DNA from: Azolla caroliniana
Taxonomy: Eukaryota > Plantae > Polypodiophyta
Reading direction: 5' to 3'
NCBI GenBank assembly: GCA_043228905.1
Contig: JBHGNT010000017.1
Span: 1,674,001-1,738,000 of the forward strand
Length of the DNA: 64,000 nucleotides
Shown here: positions 46,062 to 57,334 of the stretch, piece after piece
Layout of the letters: each line of letters starts with the position of its first letter
Numbering within the stretch: the first letter of the stretch is position 1
Made by a program: the position numbers and the translations under genes
Notes under the pieces: model-generated
Databases searched by the model: none
The model's input: only the letters and a program-made list of their open reading frames with translations
What the model was told of the DNA's origin: nothing

Positions 46062-49000
46062 ATGCCGAGCTTCCCATGCACTCTCCCTCTCCTCTCAATC
46101 CTTATTCTCATCATACATTCGGCAATGCCAGCGGAGATTGTGGCTGTGGCGACTGCGCCCGCGCCCACCTCCTCCGATGACATGGCAGTAGCACAAGCAC
46201 AAGCACAATCACAAGCACAAGCTCTCGTGACAATTAAGGATGCCGTCACCCACGACCCCTCTTCTTGCCTCTCCTCCTGGACCGCCACCTCCACCTCCAC
46301 CTCCTCCAACTCTACTAATGATGTTATCCACACCACGGCACCGCCCTCCTACTGCCCCTCTAACGGCACTGCCGGCTGGTACGGCCTGCTCTGTGATGAC
46401 AGCTTCCACATCACCTCCCTCAACCTCTCCTACTGCGACCTCTCTGGTTCTATCTCCCCTTCTCTCGCTCTTCTCCCTTCCCTCTCTCATCTCGATCTCT
46501 CCTACAACAACTTCTCAGGCCCCCTCTCTTCCTCCCTCTTCTTCACCCACCAACCAACCAACTCCTCCAGCCTCACATACCTCGACCTCAGCTACAACGC
46601 CCTCCTCTCTGGTGCCATCCCCCCTTCCCTCATCCTCAACTCCCCAAACCTCCAAACCCTGCGCCTTAGACACACTGGCCTCAGCGGCCTTGTTCCTCCA
46701 GAGCTGTGGACCCATCTCCCGGCTCTTCAGTACCTCTACATCACTGACACCTGGTCCGACTCCTCACCCCCACTTCTCAGCATCTCGCCCACCTCTTTTC
46801 CAGCGACTGCGAATTTCTCTTTCTGTGCTACCATTGAAGCGTTTGTACTGTTTGGCCTTGATGCATCCGGGGCATCCTTTCCCTCTTCCTTGGGAGATTG
46901 CCAACAGTTGCAGATCTTGTCCTTGACTGTCGCGGGTCTACAAGGATCCATCCCCCCATCCATTTGGCAGCTTCCTCACCTCCAAACCCTGGTAATCCAA
47001 GATCTTAATGTGATAGACACTGTGGATGGTTATCCCTACGAGCCACGCCCCTACAAGCTCCACGGGTCACTGCCATCCACTTTTGGCTTCTGTAGCGCTG
47101 CTGGATCTACCATCGAAGACATGTACATAGATGGCATCAATCTCACTGGCCACATTCCTGCTTCTATTGGCACCTGTGCCTCTCTGCAGAATCTGGATCT
47201 CTCTCACACAAGCCTGGAAGGCCCCATCCCTTCTAGCCTCGGCAACCTCACCCAGCTGCAGACCTTGTACCTCCAGAGCAACAACCTGACAGGCAAGATA
47301 CCAGCTGCGCTCGGTAGCTGCTCACAACTCACCGACCTTCGACTGGGGTTCAACCCTCTCATGGGTTCCATCCCCAGTGAGCTGGGAATGCTCATAAACC
47401 TCCAGGTACTCTCTCTCTTTACGGCCAACCTTGAGGGTCCAGTTCCCGTTGCGCTTTGCAACTGTACCCAAATGGAATGGTTCGACGTGGGGTGGATGCC
47501 CCAATCTGATGTCTTCACCTTCCTTCCACCAGAATATCCCCTGTCCCTGGGTCTTACAGGGAGCATACCTGAATGTTTCAGTAGAATGCCAAACCTACAA
47601 ACGCTGGCATGGCAGCTTAGCCACCTTGACGGGGGGTTCCCTACGAAAGCATTGCAGAATTTAACGCAGCTTCAATACTTGGATCTGACTTACTGCGGAT
47701 TGGAAGCCACCTTTCCTCCTGAGTTCGGCTGGAATTTTCCAGATCTACAACATCTGAACCTCGAGTATAACCACTTAACAGGGTCCATTCCACCACAGAT
47801 GGGTCAGCTTCCCAACCTGGAACTACTCCATTTAGGTTCTAATGATCTGAATGGAACAATCCCAGAACAACTCCTCCAAGGCCTGGCACAATACAGCACC
47901 CTCACTACTCTCCATCTCGGTAGCAATGCTCTGGAGGGATCCATATCTTCCTCCTTTTGTGGCATCGCAAGCCTGCAAACGCTAGTTTTGGGTACCAACA
48001 ACTTTAAGGGCAGTATACCAGCGTGCTTGGGGAGCTTGGAAGCTCTCACAAACTTAGATCTTGGACAAAACAACCTCACAGGAAGCATTCCTCCATCTCT
48101 CGGCCGCCTAATAAACACAGAGAGCTTAACATTAAATACCAATGAGCTTTCTGGATACATTCCTCTCGAAATCGGGGCATTGATAAAGCTGCAGAAATTA
48201 GACCTCTCCACAAACAGCCTGGAAGGGATCGTCCCTGTTGACGCTTTACATAATCTGTCTGGTCTTCTGACATTACGACTCTCTCAAAACAATTTGAGTG
48301 GGAAGATAGAGAGCTTGGACCTGTCCAAGATGCCCAACCTCCAGACTTTTGGTGCCTATGGAAATGCTTTAGAAGGGGGCCTACCTGCTGGCATTACGGA
48401 GAATAAGGAACTGGTCATCTTCGATGTGCAGGGGAACAAATATCTCACCGGATCCTTAGGCAATACTACTACTGCTGAGATAACTGGTTTATCCAAGCTC
48501 AGGGTGCTCTCGGTGAGCTACAACCAGCTTAGCGGCGACATCCCCGGTTGGGTTTGGAAGCTTCCCAGTCTGCAGGCACTGGACCTCTCCAACAATCGCT
48601 TCAGCGGCCGCTTCCCTGCGTCTCTAACGCACCTCTCATACTTCAAGCTCAATGAAAGCTCAGACAGGAACCAGACTACCCTCTACGAGGAGGTGCCGGT
48701 CATTCTCAAGAACACTGTCTTCATTCTCAAATATGTTCTGAGTACCCGTATCTACTTTGATGTGTCCCTGAATGATCTGGAAGGCGAAATTCCAGAGAGC
48801 TTCGGGGAGCTGCAAGGTCTGACAGGAGCCAACCTGTCCCACAACCGAATCAGCGGCACAATACCTGCGGGTACATTTGGGAGATTGATGGAGTTGGAGG
48901 TGCTGGATCTCTCCTACAACCAGCTCAGCGGTGGCATCCCACAAGATCTCACGTCTCTGGGCAGCCTCTCTACTCTAGACCTGGCCCACAACCAACTGGA

Positions 49001-49268
49001 AGGACCAATCCCCACACAGAACAACTTCAATACCAGGTTCTCATCTGCCAGCTTTGAGAACAACCCGGGCCTGTGTGGCTACCCTCTTTCCACCTCCTGC
49101 AACACAAGCATTGATGATGCTAGTAGTGATGTGGGCACCACTGCCAGGCAAACACAGCAATTGATCGTGATTTGGTTCAATGAGTTCGTATCTCCATGGG
49201 CGCTTCTGGTGGGCTATCCGACTGGACTTGCACTTGGCATATTCGTCTGCCGTACCCGGTCCTTATAA
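46062..49268 (+). CDS. Leucine-rich-repeat receptor-like protein, no kinase, 1068 aa, intronless
   Basis: Signal peptide, N-cap (WYGLLC), many LxxLxLxxNxLxGxIP repeats, island domain, C-cap (FENNPGLCGYPL..C), TM with GxxxG (VGYPTGLALG) and a very short tail. Confidence 0.95.
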   Translation: MPSFPCTLPLLSILILIIHSAMPAEIVAVATAPAPTSSDDMAVAQAQAQSQAQALVTIKDAVTHDPSSCLSSWTATSTSTSSNSTNDVIHTTAPPSYCPSNGTAGWYGLLCDDSFHITSLNLSYCDLSGSISPSLALLPSLSHLDLSYNNFSGPLSSSLFFTHQPTNSSSLTYLDLSYNALLSGAIPPSLILNSPNLQTLRLRHTGLSGLVPPELWTHLPALQYLYITDTWSDSSPPLLSISPTSFPATANFSFCATIEAFVLFGLDASGASFPSSLGDCQQLQILSLTVAGLQGSIPPSIWQLPHLQTLVIQDLNVIDTVDGYPYEPRPYKLHGSLPSTFGFCSAAGSTIEDMYIDGINLTGHIPASIGTCASLQNLDLSHTSLEGPIPSSLGNLTQLQTLYLQSNNLTGKIPAALGSCSQLTDLRLGFNPLMGSIPSELGMLINLQVLSLFTANLEGPVPVALCNCTQMEWFDVGWMPQSDVFTFLPPEYPLSLGLTGSIPECFSRMPNLQTLAWQLSHLDGGFPTKALQNLTQLQYLDLTYCGLEATFPPEFGWNFPDLQHLNLEYNHLTGSIPPQMGQLPNLELLHLGSNDLNGTIPEQLLQGLAQYSTLTTLHLGSNALEGSISSSFCGIASLQTLVLGTNNFKGSIPACLGSLEALTNLDLGQNNLTGSIPPSLGRLINTESLTLNTNELSGYIPLEIGALIKLQKLDLSTNSLEGIVPVDALHNLSGLLTLRLSQNNLSGKIESLDLSKMPNLQTFGAYGNALEGGLPAGITENKELVIFDVQGNKYLTGSLGNTTTAEITGLSKLRVLSVSYNQLSGDIPGWVWKLPSLQALDLSNNRFSGRFPASLTHLSYFKLNESSDRNQTTLYEEVPVILKNTVFILKYVLSTRIYFDVSLNDLEGEIPESFGELQGLTGANLSHNRISGTIPAGTFGRLMELEVLDLSYNQLSGGIPQDLTSLGSLSTLDLAHNQLEGPIPTQNNFNTRFSSASFENNPGLCGYPLSTSCNTSIDDASSDVGTTARQTQQLIVIWFNEFVSPWALLVGYPTGLALGIFVCRTRSL

Positions 49269-51282
49269 GGGACAACCATAAAAGAAAACAATGTAAATAT
49301 GTAAATAGAAAAAATTGAATAAAAGTCCATGGCCTAATGGTTAAGCTTATCGATGATCTCTTATTTTATTGAGCTAGCATTTGGTTTTTCGTCTATCATA
49401 CCATCTGTCTGTGGTGTTGGTAGATCACTGACGCTGAGATCATACACCCCACTATAATCACCCATAATCTTCACAGCCATAAGCTCTCTATTCTCTGGTT
49501 GGGCCACTAATGCGGACCCAATGCCCAAATGTAAATAATGCACGACCTGAACATGAACAAGCAAAGTGTAGGGCTGGTAGATAACTGCCTGTTTGCCTAC
49601 AATAGTATATATACTTTCTCTCTCGTATATATACTTTGAATTTATCACATCATGATTGATCTCCAAAAGAGGCATTTGCTTATAAAATCTTTACTTTGTC
49701 TTTCTGTACAATTTGGATGCCCTCATTATTCCATTTTTTATACAGTATTGTAATGTCCTTAGTCGACTTGAATGAATTGAAACATTGGGCAATGTTTGGC
49801 TTCACTTAGAACAACTTTTGCCTAAGTACCACTTCAAAGCAAAAAAGTTACATGAACATGCTTCCGATTGCTACTTCACAGGCATCGATAAAACCCATGG
49901 AACTTTGTTCGAGGTTCTAATTGTTGTGGGAATATTTGGAGTGCATAGTAATGGAGTCTCTTTGGGTTTATTGAATTCTCATCTCCTCATTTAAGTTTAG
50001 AAGAGAGTATCCTCATGAAGCATCTATAAAAAAGGGTTTTCTTCCCAAACCTTATCATTTAAATAGTGACACCTTGAATACCATCCATTGATTAGTAGGA
50101 ATGCAAGGTGGAGAACTTGTAAACCTTAGGGGGAAGACCTTATCATTACAATTGTGAATGAGAGATAAATGAAAGTACTTAAATATAATCAACACTTGTC
50201 ATCAATCAACTTTCCTCTCTATCTAGCCTCCTTTCATTTCCATTTGGTAGTCAAGTCCGCAACATCAACCTTGCTTTTTCGGCACCGCAACGGTCTTGAT
50301 CATTACACAATTGTCCAGTAATTAGCTTTGATGAGCATAAACACAATGCCTTTAATTCAATTGTTTGGAGAAGAAGACATACAATAATCAAATATAGGGC
50401 TATTCTAATTAGGGCATATCCATTGATAAACAAGTGAATGCTTCTTACTGAGTCCACAAACAAATGGTGCCAAATTTGAAGTTTCTTTTTTACTATTTAT
50501 GGTAGGATGTATCTACCTCGTTGGTTTGTCACTTTGAGGCTTGGGTAGATTAATGCCCTCTGTATGGTGAGTCGGGCAAGAGAGTGTCAATCACCCTTGA
50601 GCTCGTTGACGGATAGACTAGTTCACTCGTAGAAAAGTTGTCTCACCTAAAAATATTCACTCATAACAGAATTAAATTATAAGATGTTATTGGCACCAGG
50701 ACTTAACCTAGGTAGCATACACATTTAATTAATGACTTAATCAATACACACATGCACAAAATCATTCGAAAACAACCATCTCTATCAATTTAACCACTTT
50801 GTGAAGCCACCCACTCTCTCATGCAAAGAGGTTAATTGCAAAAAATTAAGATTTGAGCATTAGAATATTAATGAGGATAAAGGAGTACGGACACATGTTT
50901 AACCGAAATGTGGAATTTAAATGGGTTCACATAAAACCAAGACTCTCTACAATTTGTTTAGTACATCCCTTACCACAGTTGGCATGATTCGTTGATTGTG
51001 TCCCTCTAGTGGTCTTGCAACATGGATAATTTACTTATGATTCACTCCATTCTTGAGTTGGGAGGCAAAAATGTGATATGCCACATGTTGAAAAGAGATC
51101 AAGGCACTTTAGAGTGGAGATAAGTGGCGGCGTCATGGACGAAGCGTGACATGAGCTTTGAAGTGTAAAAGCTTGCGGAAAGGTTAGTGGGTTGTATGGT
51201 ACTATAATTGTTGTTGTTGTCTCGTGTTCGAAGCGGGGAAGTAAGGTCAATGTAGCAGTTAGAGACGTAGAGATATATATAT

Positions 51283-51320
51283 ATCCCACATACAAAACCA
51301 CTTTTTGGTGTCTCCTATAA
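51283..51320 (+). promoter_or_regulatory. U2 promoter: USE ATCCCACATAC (-65) and TATAA (-33)
   Basis: Positions are relative to +1 at 51349. Confidence 0.85.
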
Positions 51321-51348
51321 GTATGGAAGTAGAAGCACAGAAGAAATC

Positions 51349-51555
51349 ATACCTTTCTCGGCCTTTTGGCTAAGATCAAGTGTAGTATCTGTTCTTATCA
51401 GTTTAATATCTGATACGTGGCCTATAAGGTCACATGATATTAACCTAATTTCTTTCATCGGGGCAGCACCCGTTCGAGGCAGCTTGCTGTCTCTGGGAGC
51501 TGCGTGCGTCGCCTTGGTATTGCACTGACGCCGAGGTCATACAGGCGCGCCCCCC
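51349..51555 (+). ncRNA. U2: U2 spliceosomal snRNA, complete
   Basis: ATACCTTTCTCGGCCTTTTGGCTAAGATCAAGTGTAGTATCTGTTCTTATCAGTTTAATATCTGATA. Stems III and IV can pair; loop IV ATTGCACT. 3' end approximate. Confidence 0.95.
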
Positions 51556-51911
51556 CACTACAATCATGGCCAAAATGTTCTTCCTGCAACGATAAATGAT
51601 GATTAAATAAATAATGCAAGCGATAGGTAGTGTAAGGCTGGTAAATAACTCCCCGTTTGCCTACAATTTTCGTAAAGGTTGGGGTACCCATTGATTCTAC
51701 GCACTCTTATCATGGTAAGAATTTGGCGGCATCTAGCATGTCCAGGAGTGATCAGGGTTGTATAGACATGCCATGTGATGCTTCCTACCCGACTGATCTA
51801 TATATATATATATTTATGCCTCATATCCATTCCATGACTATTATATATATATATTTGCCTCCATCTTTACCCTATCGTTTGTTTATCCATGACTCCACCC
51901 CAGCTGTGCTG

Positions 51912-52339
51912 GGTTTGTACAGACAGACTTCGGGTGCTAAGATCCAAAGTCGAGAGGGAAACAGCCCAGATCGTACGCTAAGGTCCTTAAGCAATCACTT
52001 AGTGGAAAAGGAAGTGATCGAGCGATGACAACCAGGGGGTGGGCTTGGAAGCAGCCATCCTTCAAAGAAAGCGTAATAGCTCACTGGTCTAGCTTCATGG
52101 CACTGAAAATGTCTCGGGGCTCAAGTGATTCACCGAAGCGACGAGACCTTGAAAGAAGCTTTTTCAAGTGTCAGTAGCGGAACGTTCTGTCAATCGAGGA
52201 AGGTTGTTGGTGACAACACCTGGAGGTACCAGAAGTGAGAATGCTGACATGAGTAACGAGAAATCATGTGAAAAGCATGATCGCCTGCCAGTTCCAGGGT
52301 TTCTGCGTTCAGTCAATCTACGCAGAGTGAATCGGTCCC
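51912..52339 (+). pseudogene. rrn26: NUMT: fragment of mitochondrial 26S (LSU) rRNA, domain II
   Basis: GAGAGGGAAACAGCCCAGATCGTACGCTAAGGTCC, GGCTTGGAAGCAGCCATCCTT and GAAAGCGTAATAGCTCACTGGTCTAGC are recognised as plant mitochondrial LSU sequence. Confidence 0.85.
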
Positions 52340-52503
52340 AATTTACATCACATAACTGTACTCCCTCTACCCCGTTACGTCTGTTATTTACATAACATAC
52401 ATCTAAAGTATATATACCCCATATGTCATTTACACATTACGCAGTCCAGGTAGACTCAATTTTCGGACATTCAGAGTTTAATTGATTGGAGATTATTTGA
52501 GAA

Positions 52504-52560
52504 GGGGGCCGCGCGAACGTGAGCCCCCACAGCCACAAATTATGACCTGCACTCTCCCAC
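52504..52560 (-). pseudogene. U1: U1 3' fragment (Sm site + SL4)
   Basis: Matches the last ~57 nt of U1. Confidence 0.88.
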
Positions 52561-52800
52561 CCAGACTGGTTTATATATATGGCTCCATTTACAATTCCAT
52601 GATGCTCTCGCGCTATTATATATACATTCATTTCTCCATGACGATCAGATAACCCAGCATCGGCCCCAACCAAAGATTTCCGCTGGGAATTGGGTGAGGA
52701 ATTACATTCATTTACAATTCCATGATACTCTCTTCTCTCTATTCTGTATATAGATCCATTACCATGATAGCTAGTTTGATGACTTTTGGATTATTTGAGA

Positions 52801-52928
52801 AGGGGGCCGCGCGAACGCGAGCCCCCGCTGCCACAAATTATGACGTGCACTCTCCCACATTGGGGAGATGCTAGGGCAAACAGCCCCTCCGGCAGTGCAA
52901 TGGAGGCGCCGGTCCTAAGCCATCGGCC
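52801..52928 (-). pseudogene. U1: 5'-truncated U1 lacking the first ~37 nt and the promoter
   Basis: Near-identical to 53115-53241. Confidence 0.92.
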
Positions 52929-53114
52929 AGCTGTATATACTTATCCATGACCACTCCACCCCATATGTCTTATTTACATAACATACATGTACTTCCTCTA
53001 CCACGTCACGTTTACACCATATCTGTTATTTGCATTACAACATCGATACAAACTCCCCATATCTATTTACACCCAAAATTTCGGAATGACATTCAGAATT
53101 TGATTTGATTGAGA

Positions 53115-53278
53115 AAGGGGCCGCGCGAACGCGAGCCCCCGCTGCCACAAATTATGACGTGCACTCTCCCACATTGGGGAGATGCTAGGGCAAACAGCCC
53201 CTCCGGCAGTGCAATGGAGGCGCCGGCCCTAAGCCATCGGCCTTGCTGATCACCGATAGACCCCGCCCAGGTAAGTAT
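53115..53278 (-). ncRNA. U1: U1 spliceosomal snRNA, complete
   Basis: ATACTTACCTGG start; about 4 substitutions versus the 40606 copy. Confidence 0.95.
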
Positions 53279-53304
53279 GTTTTCCTGCAGTTCACAGCCC
53301 TCTA

Positions 53305-53343
53305 ATTATACCTCCCTTCCTCCCCGTCCTCTCTATGTGGGAC
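53305..53343 (-). promoter_or_regulatory. U1 promoter: USE GTCCCACATAG (-64) and TATAAT (-32)
   Basis: Paralog of 40797-40835. Confidence 0.85.
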
Positions 53344-53439
53344 AAATAGAAGATACTCTCTCTATCTACCCTTTTCCATTTATGTAATGTTCTTGTTTTC
53401 ATGTATTCATTCACTATGACGCACGCACTACTTATTTTT

Positions 53440-54560
53440 TCAACAAATGTACATGTATCATTGCTAGTGCCACTCTTTTCTATAGTAGAATAAATTTGTT
53501 CCTTTAGATTTGGTTGATGGCTTGCCAACCTAGTAGGGACTTGCATCTTTTTGTCTCTAGGCTGAGCCAAGATTGTACCTATTGTGAAAGTATGACATGT
53601 TTGGGTGCACATGAACTCATTTTCCCAACTTCGTGATCAAGATGGTGGTGCTCTAGTTAGTATTCCTTGAGTAAATGAAACAATTTGGTGCATTCCTTAG
53701 GTCAATTTAAACTCTTCAAGGAGTCCATAGAGAAATGTTGCACCTTCTTGGCGAACATTTTAGTGAAACACTAATAATAACTTGTGTACCCCATCATGCA
53801 TGCACATCCTTCTTGTTGGTTTATGGGGTGGCACGTTTGATATCCATTTAACTTTAGCCTTGTTAGGCAAATGTATTTGCGCATAAAAAATGAGTCAAAA
53901 TGCAATTGATATTGTACACATTTTGAATCAATCACTTAGTAAGGTTAAGTGCTCTTCCGAATGGACTTGCAATAGAACCCATTTACATGGAGATGGATAC
54001 GCGATTTGCCCCATGTTTAAAACTGCTTATGACATTGGTGGGTTTAAATGGCATTTGTTTGTACTGAAAAATGCCAAACTTTGTGTCAAAGGTTGTCTCT
54101 ATATTGATATTGGGGTGCAACAGTCATTTGATTGTACCATGAGAATATGTTAATGGAACTACATGCTTCTTTGTTTGTTGCATGTGTTAAGAGGTGCTTG
54201 AGGTATGACATCAAGTAGTTATCTCAACTAGTGTCTTTGTTAACCTTACAAAAATCAATGCATATCTTGACTTTGTTCTTCTTCTTGAACTATGAGTAGT
54301 GACTAACCTATACACATGCATGCATCTCAATGTCCTTGTAAGTTGTGCACATTGGACATGGTGCACAATTATCTCCATGATCTTGTAATGGTATGGTCCA
54401 TCTACTAGGTAATGGAGGTCTTTAATGTTGATAAAATTCCTTTTCTCGCTCCATGGTGATTCCTTGGAAACAAACCAATATTGTCCTATAGCATCTTGCA
54501 TGCTAGAATAAGAATCAATTCTCTATCCTTTGGAAGCTTGAGCAAGATTTGGCTAAACTA
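53440..54560 (-). pseudogene. Highly degenerate Gypsy RT/RNase H remnant
   Basis: Manual translation gives KKKNKVKICIDFCKVNKDT (~54235-54290) and GYTSYY*CFTKMFAKK (~53745-53792). Confidence 0.6.
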
Positions 54561-54739
54561 TGGTGTCTCAGCCTTATAAAAAAAGGGGTGGTTGGTGGTG
54601 GAGTCCGGGTGGAAGGTGGCAAGCTCAATTTCCAAATAATGGGATCAGTAGTAAAGGAAAAGAAATCATTAATTCTCTAGTCGAGGTTGGCACACCTTTC
54701 TAAATGATTTCTACATCACTCTTCTTCTTCTAAATGAGG

Positions 54740-56412
54740 TAGTGCAAGCCCAAGCCCAAGCTCTCATAGCATTCAAGGATGCCATCACCCATGACCCCTT
54801 CTCTTGCCTCTCCTCCTGGGTTCAACCCTCTCATGGGTTCCATCCCGAGTGAGCTGGGAATGCTTATAAACCTCCAGGAACTCTCTCTATTTAGGGCCAA
54901 TCTTGAGGGTCCTCTCGAAAAACCGCTTAACAGGATCTATACCACCACAGATTGGCCAGCTTCCCAACCTGGAACGACTCAGCGCCGGTTCTAATGATCT
55001 GAATGGAACAATCCCAGAACAACTCCTCCAAGGCCTGGCACAACACAGCACCGTCACCAGTCTAAATCTCGGCGGCAATGCTCTGGAAGGATCCATATCT
55101 TCCGCCTTTTGTGGCATCACAAGCCTGCAGACGCTCGTTTTGGTTTCCAACAACTTGCAGGGCAGTATACCAGCGTGCTTGGGGAGCTTGGAAGCTCTCA
55201 CAGAGCTACATCTTGGACACAACAACCTCACGGGAAGCATTCCTCCATCTCTCGGCCGCCTAATAAACACAGAGAGCTTAACATTAAATAACAATGAGCT
55301 TTCTGGATACATTCCTCTCGAAATCGGGGCATTGACAAAGCTGCAGAAATTAGACCTCTCCACAAACAACCTGCAAGGGATCGTCCCTGTCCACGCTTTA
55401 CATAATCTGTCTGGTCTTCAGACTTTACGCCTCTTTCAGAACAATTTGACTGGGAAGATAGAGAACTTGGATCTGTCCAAGTTGCCTAATCTCGACACTT
55501 TTAGTGTCTATGGAAATGCTTTAGAAGGGGGCCTACCTGCTGGCCTAACAGAGAGTAAGGCACTGATCATCTTTGATGTGCAGCGGAACAAATATTTAAA
55601 CGGATCCATAGGCAATACTACTACTCTTGACATCACTGGCTACAACCAGCTAAGTGGCCACATCCCGGGCTGGGTTTGGAAGCTTCCCAAACTACAGGCA
55701 CTGGACCTCTCCAATAATCGTTTCCACGGCCGCTTCCCTGCGACTCTCACGCACCTCGTCTACTTCAAGCTCAATCAAACCTCACACAAGAACCAGACAA
55801 CCCTCTACGTTGAGGTGCCTGTCACGCTGAAGAATACTGTCTACATTCTTGAGTATGTGCTGAGTGCACGGATCTACATTGATGTGTCCATGAACTATCT
55901 ATCTGGAAGGCGAAATTCCGGAGAGCTTCGGGGAGCTGCAGGGTTTGACAGGAGCCAACCTGTCCCACAACCGAATCAGCGGGCCCATAGGTGAGGGTAC
56001 ATTCGGGAGATTGAGGCAGTTGGAGGTGTTGGACCTGTCGTACAACCAGCTCAGCGGTGGCATCCCACAAGATCTCACGTCTCTGGACAACCTCAATACT
56101 TTAAACCTCGCCCACAACCAACTGGAAGGACTCATTCCCACACAGAACAACTTTGACACCAAGTTGGGGAAAATGAGCTACGAGAACAACCCGGGGCTGT
56201 ATGGCTGCCCTCTTTCCTCCTGCAACACAAGCTACAATGTGATGAATACTAATGATGTGGTGGGCATCACAAGCACAAGCACAGGTGGGCAAATGCAGAT
56301 CATGATTTGGTTCCGTGAGTTCGTATGTCCGTGGGCACTTCTGGTGGGCTATCCGGCAGGGCTTGCACTCGGTATATTCATCGGCCATCTCCTCTCCTCA
56401 AAATTGAAGTGA
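54740..56412 (+). pseudogene. LRR-RLP paralog, pseudogenised
   Basis: Similar to 46190-49260 but with no start or signal peptide. Deletions of ~1.07 kb (junction ~54819), ~320 bp (~54912) and ~30 bp (~55638); 4-bp TATC frameshift at ~55900. Confidence 0.92.
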
Positions 56413-56797
56413 ATACTCGCACGAACAACACAATCAATCCCCAACATGAGTTTTTTTTTCACCAAAAAACAACTTGAGTTTCTAATACAAGATGTATGTA
56501 TGTCCATATGTATTCATTTTTACTTTTTTACTCCCACGTCTTCCAAACAAACAAACACTTTGGATCTAAACGGGCAATTGAGAACGCCAACGGCATGGGA
56601 TAGATAGATTACTACCAACCACATCCATACATACGTTACCTCCCAAGTTCTATTAGTTTAAAAACTTTATTTGATGAACATGAACATGAATGACAATGAC
56701 CACATTAAATGTTACAATGTCCCTACAATCGGAGGCTTTGCCTCATGAAGCAGTTCTTTGAGGACTTAGCATGGCAAATTTGATCAAGTCTACCTAT

Positions 56798-57334
56798 TGC
56801 GCCCCTAGTAATTATGGGGTTCTCAAAACAACATGAAAACTTGGTTGGGACAAAGAGAATTGGGACAAGAAGATGATTTATATTACATGAAAGAGATACA
56901 AGATTACAACAATCCTAGGTTGGGACAAACCAAAAAGATGATGAGGGACTAGAAGATTACAAAAGGAGAGAGTAGGACTCATAGATTGAGAATGACTCAA
57001 AATGAGGACAAGCTCCTCCATATATAGCCCAAGGGGTGGGTGGCTTTTGGACTACCCTAGCCATTAGGCCAAGAGGTAGTTGTTGGGCTTCCCTAGCCGT
57101 TAGGTTAAGAGGTGGTTGTTGGGCTTCCTTTTGGCTAGTCATTGGGACTGCTCATTGTTTGGGACATCTTAGGTCTATCCAACTCTTGTTTGGGACTACT
57201 TTGGTCTGTCCCAACCTAAACCTTGCTTGGGTCTTTCCCAACTATGTTTGGGACTGATTGCTAGCTGGGACTAATTAGGTGCACCATACTAACCTCTTTT
57301 TTGTTGCCCTACCCCATAGTGCCAACTCTTTACA
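56798..57334 (-). repeat. Probable degenerate solo-LTR-like remnant
   Basis: LTR-like composition (TATA-like CTATATATGG on minus, repeated TTGGGAC); boundaries and TSD not resolved. Confidence 0.3.

Noticed and set aside
51912-52339. Functional rRNA gene or bacterial contamination
   Set aside because: Only an internal ~430-bp piece, embedded in nuclear duplicated sequence.
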